NCBI RefSeq assembly: GCF_018350175.1
Contig: NC_058374.1
Location: forward strand, 2,976,001 to 3,040,000
Source: Felis catus
Taxonomy: Eukaryota
Direction of reading: 5' to 3'
DNA length: 64,000 nucleotides
The notes beneath the pieces were generated by a model, which saw nothing but the letters and a program-made list of their open reading frames with translations, was not told where the DNA came from and made no database searches. The translations under genes and the position numbers were made by a program. Each line of letters starts with the position of its first letter. The stretch's first letter is position 1. Below are positions 50,811-63,280 of this stretch, one piece after another.

Positions 50811-53800
50811 CCCTAGGGACGATAGTTAACGTGTAGTAATTCTTCATCTTTCCTGTAGGCACTGAGTTTGGTTCCTGCCCCTGACCCAGAAGACTTTCAC
50901 GAGTAGGTGCTAGACAGCATTTCGGTTTGGGACAATGGGAGAGAGGGAAAATGAGCACATGAAGGGAGCTTCCCGGGAAGGACAGAATATGCTGTGGTGT
51001 TGGGGACTTCGATGAGACCGTGGGCCGTGGGGGCTGCCATGTGTGGGACAGGAGATAAAGCTGGGTGGGAGCCGGGGTGAGGCTGTCAGCCATGCCATAT
51101 GGGTGGGAGAACCCAGAGAAACCTTGCACATGGGGCTCCAGAGGGTGTGCCTGGAGCCAACTACTAGCCTCCTGGTGAACTCAGCCCAGAGCAGCTCCAT
51201 CGGGCCACGTTCACGTCTCCCTTGCATACCTGAAAGGTTCCAAAACTCATTTCTAACAGGTGGAATTCTATTAGGTTCTGTTACTTCTTACTACTTGTGT
51301 TTGAAGTTTGGGTGTCAGAGCTGTCGTGGCTAGGTTAGGGTGCTTGCTTAAAAATTAATTCCTTGCAGGACCCTTCACATGGGCAGAGCAGACCCTCAGT
51401 CTCAAAGACACCTCCCTGCCATGGTCCAGGGCCCACCTCCGTCATCTGACACCTGGAGACCCCACGGGTGCAGTCTTGACCATCTACTCCTCAACAACAT
51501 TAGCAGAGGCTGAGCCGTTTTTCACAGCGCGATATCGACCCTTCTGTTTGTCAAATAGAAAGATCACCAGACTGGGATTGGGAGTGTAGGCTTATCTGAG
51601 TCACAGATTTGTGGATGATCAATTATACTTTTAAAAAGGCTATTCAATTACGACCCTTTCCGATAAAATTATTAACATGACCTTTTTCCGGGAAAAAAGA
51701 TCATGTCGCAGTGACTCATATTTTAATGTTTAAAAATAGAAAAATCATCACATGGGGGAGAAAGGAATACCCAGCAGCTAGGTGATCCAGTGACAGGTGC
51801 TGAATAAATTAATATTTAATAAACACGGATCCACTGGATTAAGTGACCCCCCCATAGTCCATTTCACAATTATGATTACAATTAAGACACGGTTGTACAT
51901 GAAATCTTATGTTTTAGACCCCCACTTTGTTTTGTAAGGAGATAATCTACCTGAATTTTTAAAGATATGTTTAAAAGTTTACAAAACAATATTAAACCCA
52001 AATGTTAACTTAATTTTTTTTTGTTTATTTCCAAATGTTAACTATGAAATGATTACGTGCTCTTTGGGAGGCGTCTAATATGGGGCCACTTGAGGTAGAG
52101 TCAGCAGGGAACTTGCCAGCCATACCTCGTCCCCAAGCCACCCATCTCCCAGTTTACGTAGACCAGGCAAGCACAGCCAGGCGGCATTTTCTTTCTTTCT
52201 GAAAATGTAAGATGCATTTTGATCGTCTAACTTAACTCAATAATAATTATAACACGTGTTTTGGGTAGAAATGATCATAGGTGAAAACATGTTTGGAATG
52301 AGACGACGAGACGTGGGCTTTTGCCACTTCCTACCAGGAGACGCTCCGTCCCTGAAATCAGCATATTTCCTCATTAATGGTGTTAGGAAGACATACTCTA
52401 ACCAGGAAGGGACTCGGGATAATATACCTGAATGCTTCGATTGGGTGGACACATATATTCACATAAATACACACGCACACACGTCATTTTCACACACATA
52501 TCCGCTAGTGGGGGAATGTACCATAGACACACACATGTATGCATATACACACACACACACATATACACACGTGTGCTAGCGAGGAATACACTCATGTATA
52601 CTTGCATGGGGTGTGTACCAAGCATTTCCCAAATAAGTCTTCCCTGGACCCTAAACCAAACCAGGAAAGTGGTGACCACGCATGAGCAGAGCAAGACACT
52701 TTGTCTCAGGTTTGCCTGTTCCTAAATTGTCTCTAAGACAAAGGATCTGAGAGACTTCCCTTCCCTGCCGCTTTTCCGGAGAGGTTGAGCCATAAATCTA
52801 CAACGGGAGACCTTCCCCTCCAGTTAGACACCAAATAAGCCTGGGCCCGGCGGCATCAGTGGCCCTGGCCAGGATGGGACACCTGCTGGGCATCACTGAG
52901 GTCCCCAGGAAAGAGGGCCCACATAACGGACAGGTCTTTGCTCTAAAGACACAGGTAAGCGAGGGGGGAAAATCGCCCAAGAGAGCGACAGCAAGAAACC
53001 ACAGAGCAGAGCAGAGTGTCCGCAGACCAAGCCTGGAAACACGAATGCTGAAGGGCACCAGGGAAAAGCAAGCAAAATCAAGCCAGGTTAACAGAGAGAG
53101 CGTCCTCAGGGAGCATGGGATTCTTTCCTAGCAAATAATGTTTACTGCTCAGCTGTGTCTATCAGCAATGAGAGAGACAGAAAAATAAAAACAATGTTAT
53201 CCCCAAATTCCTTCCATAACCCTAGGCTTAAAAGAATTTCTCCCTGATAATACTTGACACATACATTTGCGAAACAAAAAAAAACAAAAAAAAATGTGCT
53301 GCGTGTGTTTTTACGGTAAGGATTATTTATGTGAAGTGGTAATTTCTAGAGAAAGAACCCAAGTCAATAATAGATTGATAAATAAAAGCTTAAAGATGTT
53401 ATTTTCCAAATATTATTTAGAATATAATTTTAATTTTTATTGAACTTTGAAGGCATTTAGTACCCTCACTATTAAAGTGCTTTTTCTAATGACATCAGTT
53501 TTAAACACTTTGTGGTAATGATTTATATAACTCGAAGTGGTTATATTCCATACTTCATTACTTTCCCCCAAATGATCATTGATTTGATAATTACTTGATA
53601 TTTTAAAGCCTGAAGACATAATGTCCTTGAAAATGTTTTAAATGTCTTGTTCTAAGCAAAAATAAATTACATGAACTTAGACATGATTTATTTTTTTCAA
53701 CCAAGATAAAGATCACTTTATTTTATCTTAATTAAGACTGTTTAGCAACATCTCTTATCAAAGAAATCAACATACGGCTTGTTAACAGACCATAAAGTGA

Positions 53801-55504
53801 GGCATCTCCCCACAGAGTACGGGAGCATCTATGTGCTTTATTAGAACGACCCGGCGCTCTGATGTGTGACTTTTGTCTCTACAAAGTGAGCTGACATTTA
53901 AATGTGAAAAGTTTGATTCATTTTGATCATTCAATTAGTCTGGGGTTCTGTCACCTGTTTATATTCAAGACTTGTCCTTTAACACCAGCAGGCTTAACAT
54001 TTCATCAAGCAGGAGTATGTCACATGCAGTCCACACTTGTACCTACACTGAAGTGTCTACGACATAGGAGATGCTTTGGGCAGTACGTAGGAACACCTGA
54101 AAGTTGAGACGGGGTAGGTGGGGGAAATAAGTTTTGTGCAGAGAATTGTGTACAGCCAGAGTTGGCATTCACATAAATTCGAGAGGCTACTGGGACCTCG
54201 TGGTTTTGGGGTTAGCGGGAACACTTGACCCTTCCCCCTGTGGAACCATCCCCCATCCCCCATCCGTGTAAAACCACCTGCTGCCTTCAGTCCGGTAGAC
54301 ACCTGTCGTGGATCTGTACGTTGGAATACGCACCTCAAAACCACAATCTTAACTTTTTCCTCCTTTCTGTCTTCTTGTGCTTGCTGACTGTGCTTATCCT
54401 CTCTATGTGTCCGTCCGCAACTCATGTTTAGGAGTCCGTTTTGAAAAGAAAAAAAAAGAAAAACACCATATATGTGAAGCTCCATTTACAGTCATTATCT
54501 GAGTATTTGCCAAAAAAGCCTAGGAAGGAAGCTTGGATCTCTAGTAGTTTACCTGCCGTCTACACACGCAAAATAACTCACCAATAATTTTAACAGGCAC
54601 AGGACCACAAGGAAGGCTTTCCTTCCGGAGCCCTAAAATTGCTAGTTAGAAACCATCAAGTTGTGTTCCAACAGGATAGAAACAGCTATGGATCTGTTGT
54701 TTGCATATACCCATTAGCTTAAAAAAATCAGATCGTGTGTAGTTTACAGATAAATTTATTGATACAAAGTCGAGAAAGTAGGTTCTACTCAAATGTATTG
54801 TTTGTGTCTTTAAAGAACCTTTTACTCCAGATATTTGGCTGTGTTCCCCCAGCCTAAAACAGCCTGATACAAATGTCTAAGCAACGAATAAGTACAAAGC
54901 ATTTTGCAAAGTCAAGAGAGTAGAGCTCCAACACTTGGAATGGGATTTGTAAACCTCCGGGCTCACTTCTTGTCAGTCACAGAAATGGAAATAGGGAGCA
55001 AACGCCAGCCCCTGGGATGGGTGAGGGGCACGACCCCAAGAGGGGACACCCCAGGCCAGGGAATGAGCTGGGAGCATTGCTGGGGTGGGGGGAGACTAGA
55101 CGGCGAAGACACTTCTTCCCCAGGCAGTTTGTGTCTGCCCCAAAATTCCCAGCAAGATTGCAGGGCCCTCGCTGGGCGCTGGGAAAGTTGAGTGAACCGG
55201 CCCATCCTGCCAATAACATCCTCTCCCCCCGACAATGATCTGTTTCCAGCCTGTGCCTTTAACTATGTCCAATGTGCTGGGACACTTCTAATCAGAATTG
55301 GGTTTGGCCTTCAGTAAGAGTAACCTGAGAAACGGGAGCCTAAGTTTCTCACTTAAACATATTTCAGAGACTGCACCCAAGATGTCGTCAGTGCGGGATT
55401 TTCCATTGAGCCCAGCGCCCGCCTCTGTACGCGGGAGCAGAGCTGGGTTCCCAAGAGGTTGAATCTTTATTGAAGAATTCGTTCACAGAGCCTTGGGGAT
55501 CGGA

Positions 55505-55660
55505 CACAACGGCTCTAGATCCTTCTCCCGCCTCATGAATCCTGTGACACTGCGCATGTTACTTGAATCTCTGTGGATCACCTTCTTTTTCTATAAAATG
55601 TTCTCTTGGGGGGATGAAATGAAATCAGGTGTGCAAGGTGGCTGGGAACGTGGCTAGTCT
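55505..55660 (+). mobile_element. MIR remnant
   Basis: CTGTGACACTGCGCATGTTACTTGAATCTCTGTG...CTATAAAATG. Confidence 0.6.
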
Positions 55661-57499
55661 TCTGACTTCTGGTGTCTTGACATCCTCAGGTTGAAATTCA
55701 CCCTTTCTCTGTTTTCAGCCCCGGACTCCTGAGACCAAGTGTTGGCTGGTTACATTTCAAAATGCAGCATCACTGTATTCCAGTAAATACACATGGCCTC
55801 TAGACCCTGGAACTGAAAGGAGGCTGCGAAGAGGAGAACGGGGTGAGAACCACCCTGAGCCTCCAGGCTGAATCATCGACACCTGGGTCAGTTAAGGGCA
55901 AGGGCTGGCCTCACCATCTGCCACGTTACGATGTCCCGACATCATACCGACACCATCACGCATGATCCACCAAGACCTACGATGGAAACTAATCGGGATT
56001 GTATTCAGTTTTAGAAGATATTTATATTAATTCTCAATTTTCCTTCCCATCCCTTAATGCATATTTTCTTTGAGGATACATCCTGTTCAGATGGAATAAA
56101 TATTCCACTTACACTTGAATAAAGATTATGCCACACGATAAATGAAAATGAGGACCTTTGGATTAATTGCTCTAAACGCCAACACTAACAAGTTTCTTAC
56201 TGTTCTGAAGGATGGATTGATAAATCTGTTCAAAGTTGTGCATATTTTTGTTTTTTCAGTGCAATAGAAAGTGCTTCTCTGCCATGTTTTTAAAAGTAAA
56301 TCCATAATTTTTTAGAGATCTTTCCAAGAAGGTAATTTAAAAGTTCACTGCAATAAGAAAAAACAGGATTTGGAGGGGGAAGAAAATCTTATGAAATATG
56401 AGAGTTATCATGTGATTTTTAATAAAGCATTTGATTCTTGGTGCTTTCAACTGGAATTAACGATAATATATGCATCAATTATTATTTTTTGTGCTTCCCA
56501 CTCTACAACATCTTTTCTCATCATTTCTCAAGATGATGCAACATTATACCATTAGTCACGCATGCACGTGCCCACAGACGCACACAAAGAGACACACACA
56601 ATTCACGTAAAAACCGTGTGACTGCACATACCTATGTTCTGCCATATCTTTATTCCTTTCTCACTTATTGGATGTTTTATACATTTTTCACTTAATATAT
56701 AATGCTGCGTAAGATGAATTGATGTTCCATGTGTTTATCACATCCAACGGTTTTAACCTGTATCATGTTTTATATTGCTTTGTGTCTCTGTCTGAATAAA
56801 TTATAATGTCTCCCACATCGTATGGGCTTAATACATGTTTGTTGGCTGACTGATGCAGAATATTTCCAAATGCATGGTTTCTTTTTGAGATCCAGTTTGC
56901 TCACGACCCTCATATGCAATGACTGAAAATGGGAAAAACGCACAAGCACCAGGAACCCAGAACCAAGGGCAAGCATGCTGTCAGAGGTCTCAGAACCAGG
57001 GTAGCTGACGAAGGTTAGGAATGGCGCCTCCCAGACCCATAGAGAGGGTGGGTGACCGCCCAGGAAGCTCTGACTGTTTCAGAGAAGTATGTTCTCTGCT
57101 GGCCGCTGTTGATAGCTCCACCTTTAGAGTTTAATCCTTGCCGCATAAACTAAACTAAATAATAAACTACTGCAACCAGGAAGAAGTTAGTTTTCACAGA
57201 AGAAACCGATGGTTGGAGAAATCTGAGACATCGTTTCACGGCACGAAATAAAACCCCGTGTGTACATTTCCACTCGCCTTTGTGTTCATGTTTCGCATTA
57301 AACTTTCCTAGTGTGGTTCTGTGAATGTTTTACACGATGGTTGTGATGAGGAGATGTCTGTTGTGAGTAAAGAAAGTGAGGCAGCCTGAGAGCTAGGGCC
57401 GGCTCTCACATCTTTGTTGTGGAAAGCGAGGAAGAACACTTGGTCTCTTTGGATGTCAAAGATTTCTCAGCAGTGAGGTAAAGGGAATGAATTAGATTT

Positions 57500-57645
57500 G
57501 GGCTCTCAATCTGGTATCCATAGACTCAGGGAACTGTAGGTAAAGCGTTGTATACAGGTGCGCATGCGTATTTTTCTGGAAAGAGGGTCCTACCCCACGT
57601 GAGATTTTCACAAGGGTTTTGACCTACACAAAGTGAGAACTGGAT
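57500..57645 (+). mobile_element. hAT-Charlie-type MITE remnant
   Basis: CTCTCAATCTGGTATCCATAGA...ATTTTTCTGGAAAGAGGGTCC...AGATTTTCACAAGGG...GTGAGAAC. Confidence 0.55.
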
Positions 57646-58199
57646 TTGAATGGCCTCAAGGTATGTTTTGTACACATTAGGAGAAAAGTGTGTCGTTGTG
57701 TATTTTGTACACGTCAGGAGAAAATTGTGTAGTTGTAAAAACTTGGTATTTATACATGGCAGATGGCATAAAACTTATAAATTTACGTCTATCGAAACCA
57801 GCTTGAAAGACACCGTGGAGCACCTCGCTACTAACTACATAAACAATTTTCACCAATCAAAACACAAACACAAGCTAGACAGAGAATAATCAGCAAATCA
57901 CATGAAGAGACAGTTAATAACAGAGAAGGCACTAAACACAGGAAACAGCTAAACTTAGGAGGTTTACTTATGAAATAAACTAACGTGAATAAGTTTCTCA
58001 TGTGAACCAAATTGGCAATCTGGTATCCGTAGACTCAGGGAACTGTGGGCACTACCTGATGGGGCGGTAGTGAATATTAAGTGGGAACTATATTGAGGAG
58101 ATCCCAGCAAGGCGGGCAGGCTGGACAAGGAGGATCTCACTGGATTACAGGTGTGAGTGGGGTGGGGGCAGGGTGCTGACCTCAGTCACCCCGGGAGTG

Positions 58200-59205
58200 A
58201 CTGGCGGCTGCGACATCAAAGGCGAGTGGATCAGCGGTGTTGGGAGCATGGCTCTCCTCTGGATGATGCAGTCATTTCCGTAGGGCCTGGGTAGCGATTC
58301 TGAGAACGCTCCATTTGCACCAGGACTGAGCAGGTGAGGAAGAGCAGCGGTGGGTGATGAGAGCCGGGTGGGTGTGGCTGACAGGTCAGCAGTGGAAACA
58401 GACCAGAATGATCCATGTGGTAACAGATTAGAATGAGGGGCATCGGTGAGAACTCACGTTTGGTTTAGAATGGATAAGATCGTTCCCTACAGAAATATTG
58501 CAGATGTGTGCGTATGCACGGGCTGGTATCCACACATCTATCTCTTGCTCTGTCGGCTGAGAACACGTGAGATAAACGACAGCTCAGTAGCAGCAAGGCC
58601 ACCTCGCACCCAGATCTTGCTTTGCATAAAATAAAAGGAAGCAGGGCTCCGTGGAGAAATGACCGGTTCCAGGACAGAGGTGGGAAATACGCAAGATGAA
58701 CCAGGAGCATCAACGTGGAAATGTTGAAGCGGTAAACGGAGACACCTCTCGGTGGCCAAAGCAGGGACACTTTGAGCAAAAAAAATGAATAAACAAGTCA
58801 TATTTAGTTGTAGCCCAGAATGTAAAGCAAATGGCCGAGACTGCGTACTGATATAAATAAAGGACGGTGAAAACAAAAACAAAGACGTCTGGGGAAGTGA
58901 CATGGCCACGAGGGATCTGCGGAGCCGTAATGACTGAATGTAACGCAGCGTCCTGGGTAGCATCCTAGCCCAGAAATGGACGTGAGGTGAAAACCCAGGA
59001 GTTCTGAACAAACAGTAGACTTCAGTTAGTAAGACGCCAGCGCCTTGTAATGGTAAGGACCTTGCGACAGTAGGCAAGATGTCCTGAACAAGGGAGGGGG
59101 GAGGGCCTGGGGGCTTCTCTAGCCATCTTCAGTTTTTTCTTTGAACCATAAACGGCTCCAAATATACAATTTATTTTTCAAAAAGGCAAAAAAAAAAAAA
59201 AAAAA
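58200..59205 (+). mobile_element. old L1 (L1MC/L1MD-like) 3' UTR
   Basis: GCACCCAGATCTTG, ATAAAAGGAAGCAGGGCTCCGTGGAGAAATG, GACTGAATGTAACGCAGCGTCCTGG, poly-A at about 59188-59205. Confidence 0.8.
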
Positions 59206-59854
59206 GACAGATTCACGTAAAAGGTGTACGTAAACCCCTAGACTATCGCCTGGCTCAGACTGAGAACTCGTAAGGTCCGGCGGCTGCTTCCCTGCTCCCG
59301 ACACCGCTCATCCATCTTGTTTACTGTAAGACCTGGACAACAGTGGGTTTCAGAAGCCCTAAAGACGGGTGTTTGCCCAGGATTCCCACCTCAGGAGGTT
59401 CCCCAAGGCAACAACCAGAGAAGGCCCCGGAGATGCACGTGTTCGCCCACACAACACCCGGACAAGTGCGGTAAGAACCCTTCAGTCAACCACAGGGACT
59501 TTAAGTACATACACTGAGCAACTCCCGTCACCCAGGGGCGAGGGAAAGTGACAGTTCTTTGTGCCTTGACCCCGACTCTGACTTCCAGCACGTAGCCCAA
59601 ATAACAGAAACTCAAGGGCGGTCACTTGGCCACGTTCCGAGGGGTGGGCACGGATGAGCTGACTCGGGGGGCGTCATGCTTCCTACGGGATCCTCCTTCC
59701 TGGAACTGGTGCCTACAGGTCAGGTGCTGGCTCTTCCTGAGCAGGAAGTGAGAAGGGATCTGGGGACGCCTTCGAGGTCCAAGAAGAGTCCTCCAGGCTT
59801 CTCTTGAAATGCGGCGAACCTCCCTTGCCGGAGGTTGCCGTGGGTGTAAGTGGG

Positions 59855-60370
59855 GAGGTGTGCTCCTGTGTGCGCAGGTACCTGTGTGTGAGTGCATGCG
59901 GATGTGTGCCTGTGTGTGTAGGTGTCTGCATGCACGTGGGCATATGGCGAGTGCTTTGGTGTGTCGTGTATATGGGTACATCGTGCCTGCACGTGAGTGT
60001 GTGTCATGAGCACAGGTGTGCATCCACATATGTATTGTGCATGTGTGTGCAGGTGTATGTGTGTGTGTCTGCCGTTCTGTGTGTGTGCACTGGTGTAAGT
60101 GCGTGTGCATTTTTTCACTCATGCACATGTGGGTGTACATATCTTCGGAAGGGGTCAGGTATCTTGTGTGTGCAGAATATGTGTGCATGGATACGTGTGT
60201 GCATACATGTACACATGTGTGCACATCACATCACGTGCGTGCATTTTGTGTGTTTACTGCACATGCACGTGCATGTGTGTATTATGTCCTGTGTGTGCTC
60301 GCACGTGTGTGTTGAATACATGTGTACATTTGGGGGGGAGGTGTGTATGTGTGTCTGTGGGTGCGTGTAC
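59855..60370. repeat. ~500-bp degenerate (TG/CA)-rich alternating purine-pyrimidine tract
   Basis: Read directly; source of the Cys/Val- and His/Thr-rich spurious ORFs. Confidence 0.9.
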
Positions 60371-61254
60371 TTCAGCGGCCCAGGAGAGGGAGAACGTGGG
60401 GGCGGGGCGGTGCCCCATGCGTGTGCACTTGGAGTTCTGGCTTGCCTCACTCTGCCTCCTTCTCCCCTCACGAGGCAGGACCAGCAATTTCAGTCATGAC
60501 TTTGTGGGAAAGAAACTGAGAGGCAGGGAACAAATCCAAACTGTTGGATGTTTTCCTCAGAGCAACAGACTTAAGAGTAATCTTAATTTTCTCTGTTTTT
60601 CAAAATAACCCTCAATGAGCACGAATGAGTTTTATAATCAAAACGAAACAAGACACATGACCAAGTAAAGCCAATGGCAGTTTTAAGACAAGTCAGTGAG
60701 CATCGAAGATCCCGCCCAGCGACCACATGTGCGTGTGCTGCAGCTTTCGGGGGGCAGCTCCGGATTTCAAGCCAACTGCCTGCCACCTTTTGGACCAAGT
60801 TTGAAGGACTATTAAGATCAAGGAAAACATTGGGACGCAACTTCTTCTTTTTTTATTCAAAATGATCTATTCTTTTCTCTGTTTTAAACGATCAGCTCCT
60901 TCATTTAAATGACTTGCTGGAAACATGTCTCCTAATGAAAACCCCATTATGCTTTTTTATAACTTCTGACTTGAGTGAGTTCAGCACTGGGCACAGAACG
61001 ATATTAATTTAAAAAGGAAAAAAAGATAGGATGTAATGAGCTGTGAAAAGACAGTACGTCTGGAAAGAATAACACTGAAAGACACTTAATATAAGGCCAA
61101 TTATTTGACTGGCACTTAGATCTTGCCGTTTGCAATAACTTCAACAGAAGGAAATTTCAACATGGAGATTTTCTCTACAATACGTGCAGAAGCTATGAAG
61201 ATACCGGATAATGATCTTCGAACTGGGACATCTCCAAACACACATACGGTCTGG

Positions 61255-61310
61255 AGCGTCTTTAAGCAAGTTACCACTTCTCCAAGTGTCATTTTCTTCA
61301 TCTGGAAAGT

Positions 61311-61349
<39 letters not shown>

Positions 61350-61490
61350 GTGCGTGGGCGTGCGTGTAGTGGGGATTGATGGCATTTATGGATCAGGGTC
61401 TTACAAACACTAAATGAGCTAATATATGTAAAATGCTTAAAGACGTACCTTCCCAAATAAATATTATAACTATTATCATTAATGGCATTA
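61255..61490 (+). mobile_element. MIR remnant with internal (TG)n
   Basis: GCAAGTTACCACTTCTC...TTTCTTCATCTGGAAAGTGG-(TG)n-...TAAATGAGCTAATATATGTAAAATGCTTA. Confidence 0.75.
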
Positions 61491-61864
61491 GTACTATTGT
61501 TATGGCATTGGATACCAGCAAAATATCGTCAATATATTCCAATATGGCAAATAAATCAGGAAATGCCTTATAATGTGACCTATAATACATTTATAATATC
61601 TATAAAATAATTTTATATAAACGGATCTATGAAAAGCTTCATTTGGAGAAGTCTAACTACACACGTCAAGGAGAGTGCCCCTTCTTAAAGGCGATCCTGA
61701 GGAAGTAACAAAGGTCATAGCAAGAGGTGGCCAGCAACATTCAAAGGCGCTGTGATGATGAAACTGAAATTTGTCTCCTGAAAGAACCTGAAAAAGAACG
61801 GGTCACATCCTGTGTTTCAATGAAACTGAGATGCCTTGTCATTGATGAAAAAATACTGCCAACA

Positions 61865-63280
61865 CACCATGAAACGGCCAGGTGACCAGGTGGGGTGCCT
61901 GATGCTCAGAGTTGTGCAGCTGGGTACTTGGATGTGGCATGCCCACGGTCCACGTGGATGGGCTGCCAACGAAGGACCCCTCCATTTGTACCAACAAAAG
62001 AAGTCAAGGACAGTGAGCAGGAGACCAAAAGCGGTCCTCCAATACAGTTCCCCTTCCTCACCCAGTTTCCTGGCCGGAGCCAGTTTTGAAAGCTGGAACC
62101 CACCGGAACCCACCTCTCTGGAACTCTCACGATTGGCGGAGAGGGCAGATACTGCCGTAAACTCCGACAACTGGTAAACCTCACTGCTACCCTTCAACCA
62201 GATGCAATATCTCCCCCAGAGCCGATCTCCCAGGCACCTGTGCCACGGCGCGTGGCTGTCGATTTGGCCATCACGCTACTCTTCATACCTAGCCACCGTG
62301 AGGACCGGAAACAATGATCGCAGGTCTATTCTGTGGCAGGGGAAACAGTGTGTGCATGGCATTTTGTCTGGTGGGGATGAGGCATCCTGGTCCTCTTTCA
62401 CAGTGTCGTCCAAAGAAACTGGGCCATCTGAACGCCCTCCGCACATCACAGCAAAAGCCACTATGGGTGACATCGTGCAAACGGGGGAAGACGGCCAAGA
62501 AGCAGCCACCACCTCAGAGCCCTGAGTGGAGTGATGGGCTTCAGAGGCGGTGAGTACCGCTGGGGCTGCCACAGCTGTGAGGGATGTGTGCTCCCGGTGG
62601 TCATGGGCGTGTGGGGATGCCCAGTGTAAACAAAGGGTGTATCATTGTGTAGTACGCAAGGGAGCACGGTTCCTGCAAGGAGGTCTGGAAGCAGCATGTC
62701 TCACACTGGGACACACTACTCAAATCCAGACCGGGGTGACTCAAAAGGCCATTGTCACCTTTGAGTAAGGCTTAGAGCAGGAAAGGACACTGAGGCAGAT
62801 CCCACCCTTTGGTCCACAGGACCCAGAGACTCCATGGTGTCAAAATGGCGGGCAGATAGAAACGCTATCTTGTGGATGTTACAGCAGAGCCCCCCGGGAG
62901 GTCGTAAAGCAAATCCCTAGGTTTCGGGAGCAAAGCTGTGCCACGTGGAGCAGAGAGTCACGCACATTTGGCGGAACTCACGGGATGCTGCTGGGCCGTG
63001 TAGAGATGCAACACACGGCCAGGGCATCTCAGCACCAGCGGGCTCTGTCAACCCACCAGGCCACAAGCATGGGTGTGCTCGGCACGGGCCCGGGTCAGAC
63101 ACGAGTGGTTCATCTGGACTTCGCAAGCTGCACATTCAAGTCGTCCAGGCCCCATGCCGCTCACCAGTGTCTTCCTGGGGCGTTTCCCCCTCAGCTCACA
63201 CCCGCACCTGCACACCTGCATGGGAGGAACCCCAGACAGCAAGTGGAGGGTGGAAAAGTCTTGAATGTGGCTCATCGATA
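61865..63280 (+). mobile_element. decayed ERV-L (class III) internal fragment: gag C-terminus fused to pol (RT, tether, start of RNase H)
   Basis: Peptides across frames are colinear with remembered ERV-L proteins: LHLYQQKKSR and LTQFPGRSQF (gag), RKLRQLV, VAVDLAITLLFIP, WQGKQC, broken YIDD (CACTATGGGTGACATCGTG, 62459-62477), FE*GLEQERTLRQI, LGFGSKAVP, NPPGHKHG. Many stops and frameshifts. Confidence 0.85.

Noticed and set aside
59622-60608. Cys/His-rich ORFs of up to 231 aa resembling metal-binding proteins
   Set aside because: Direct translations of the TG/CA low-complexity tract.
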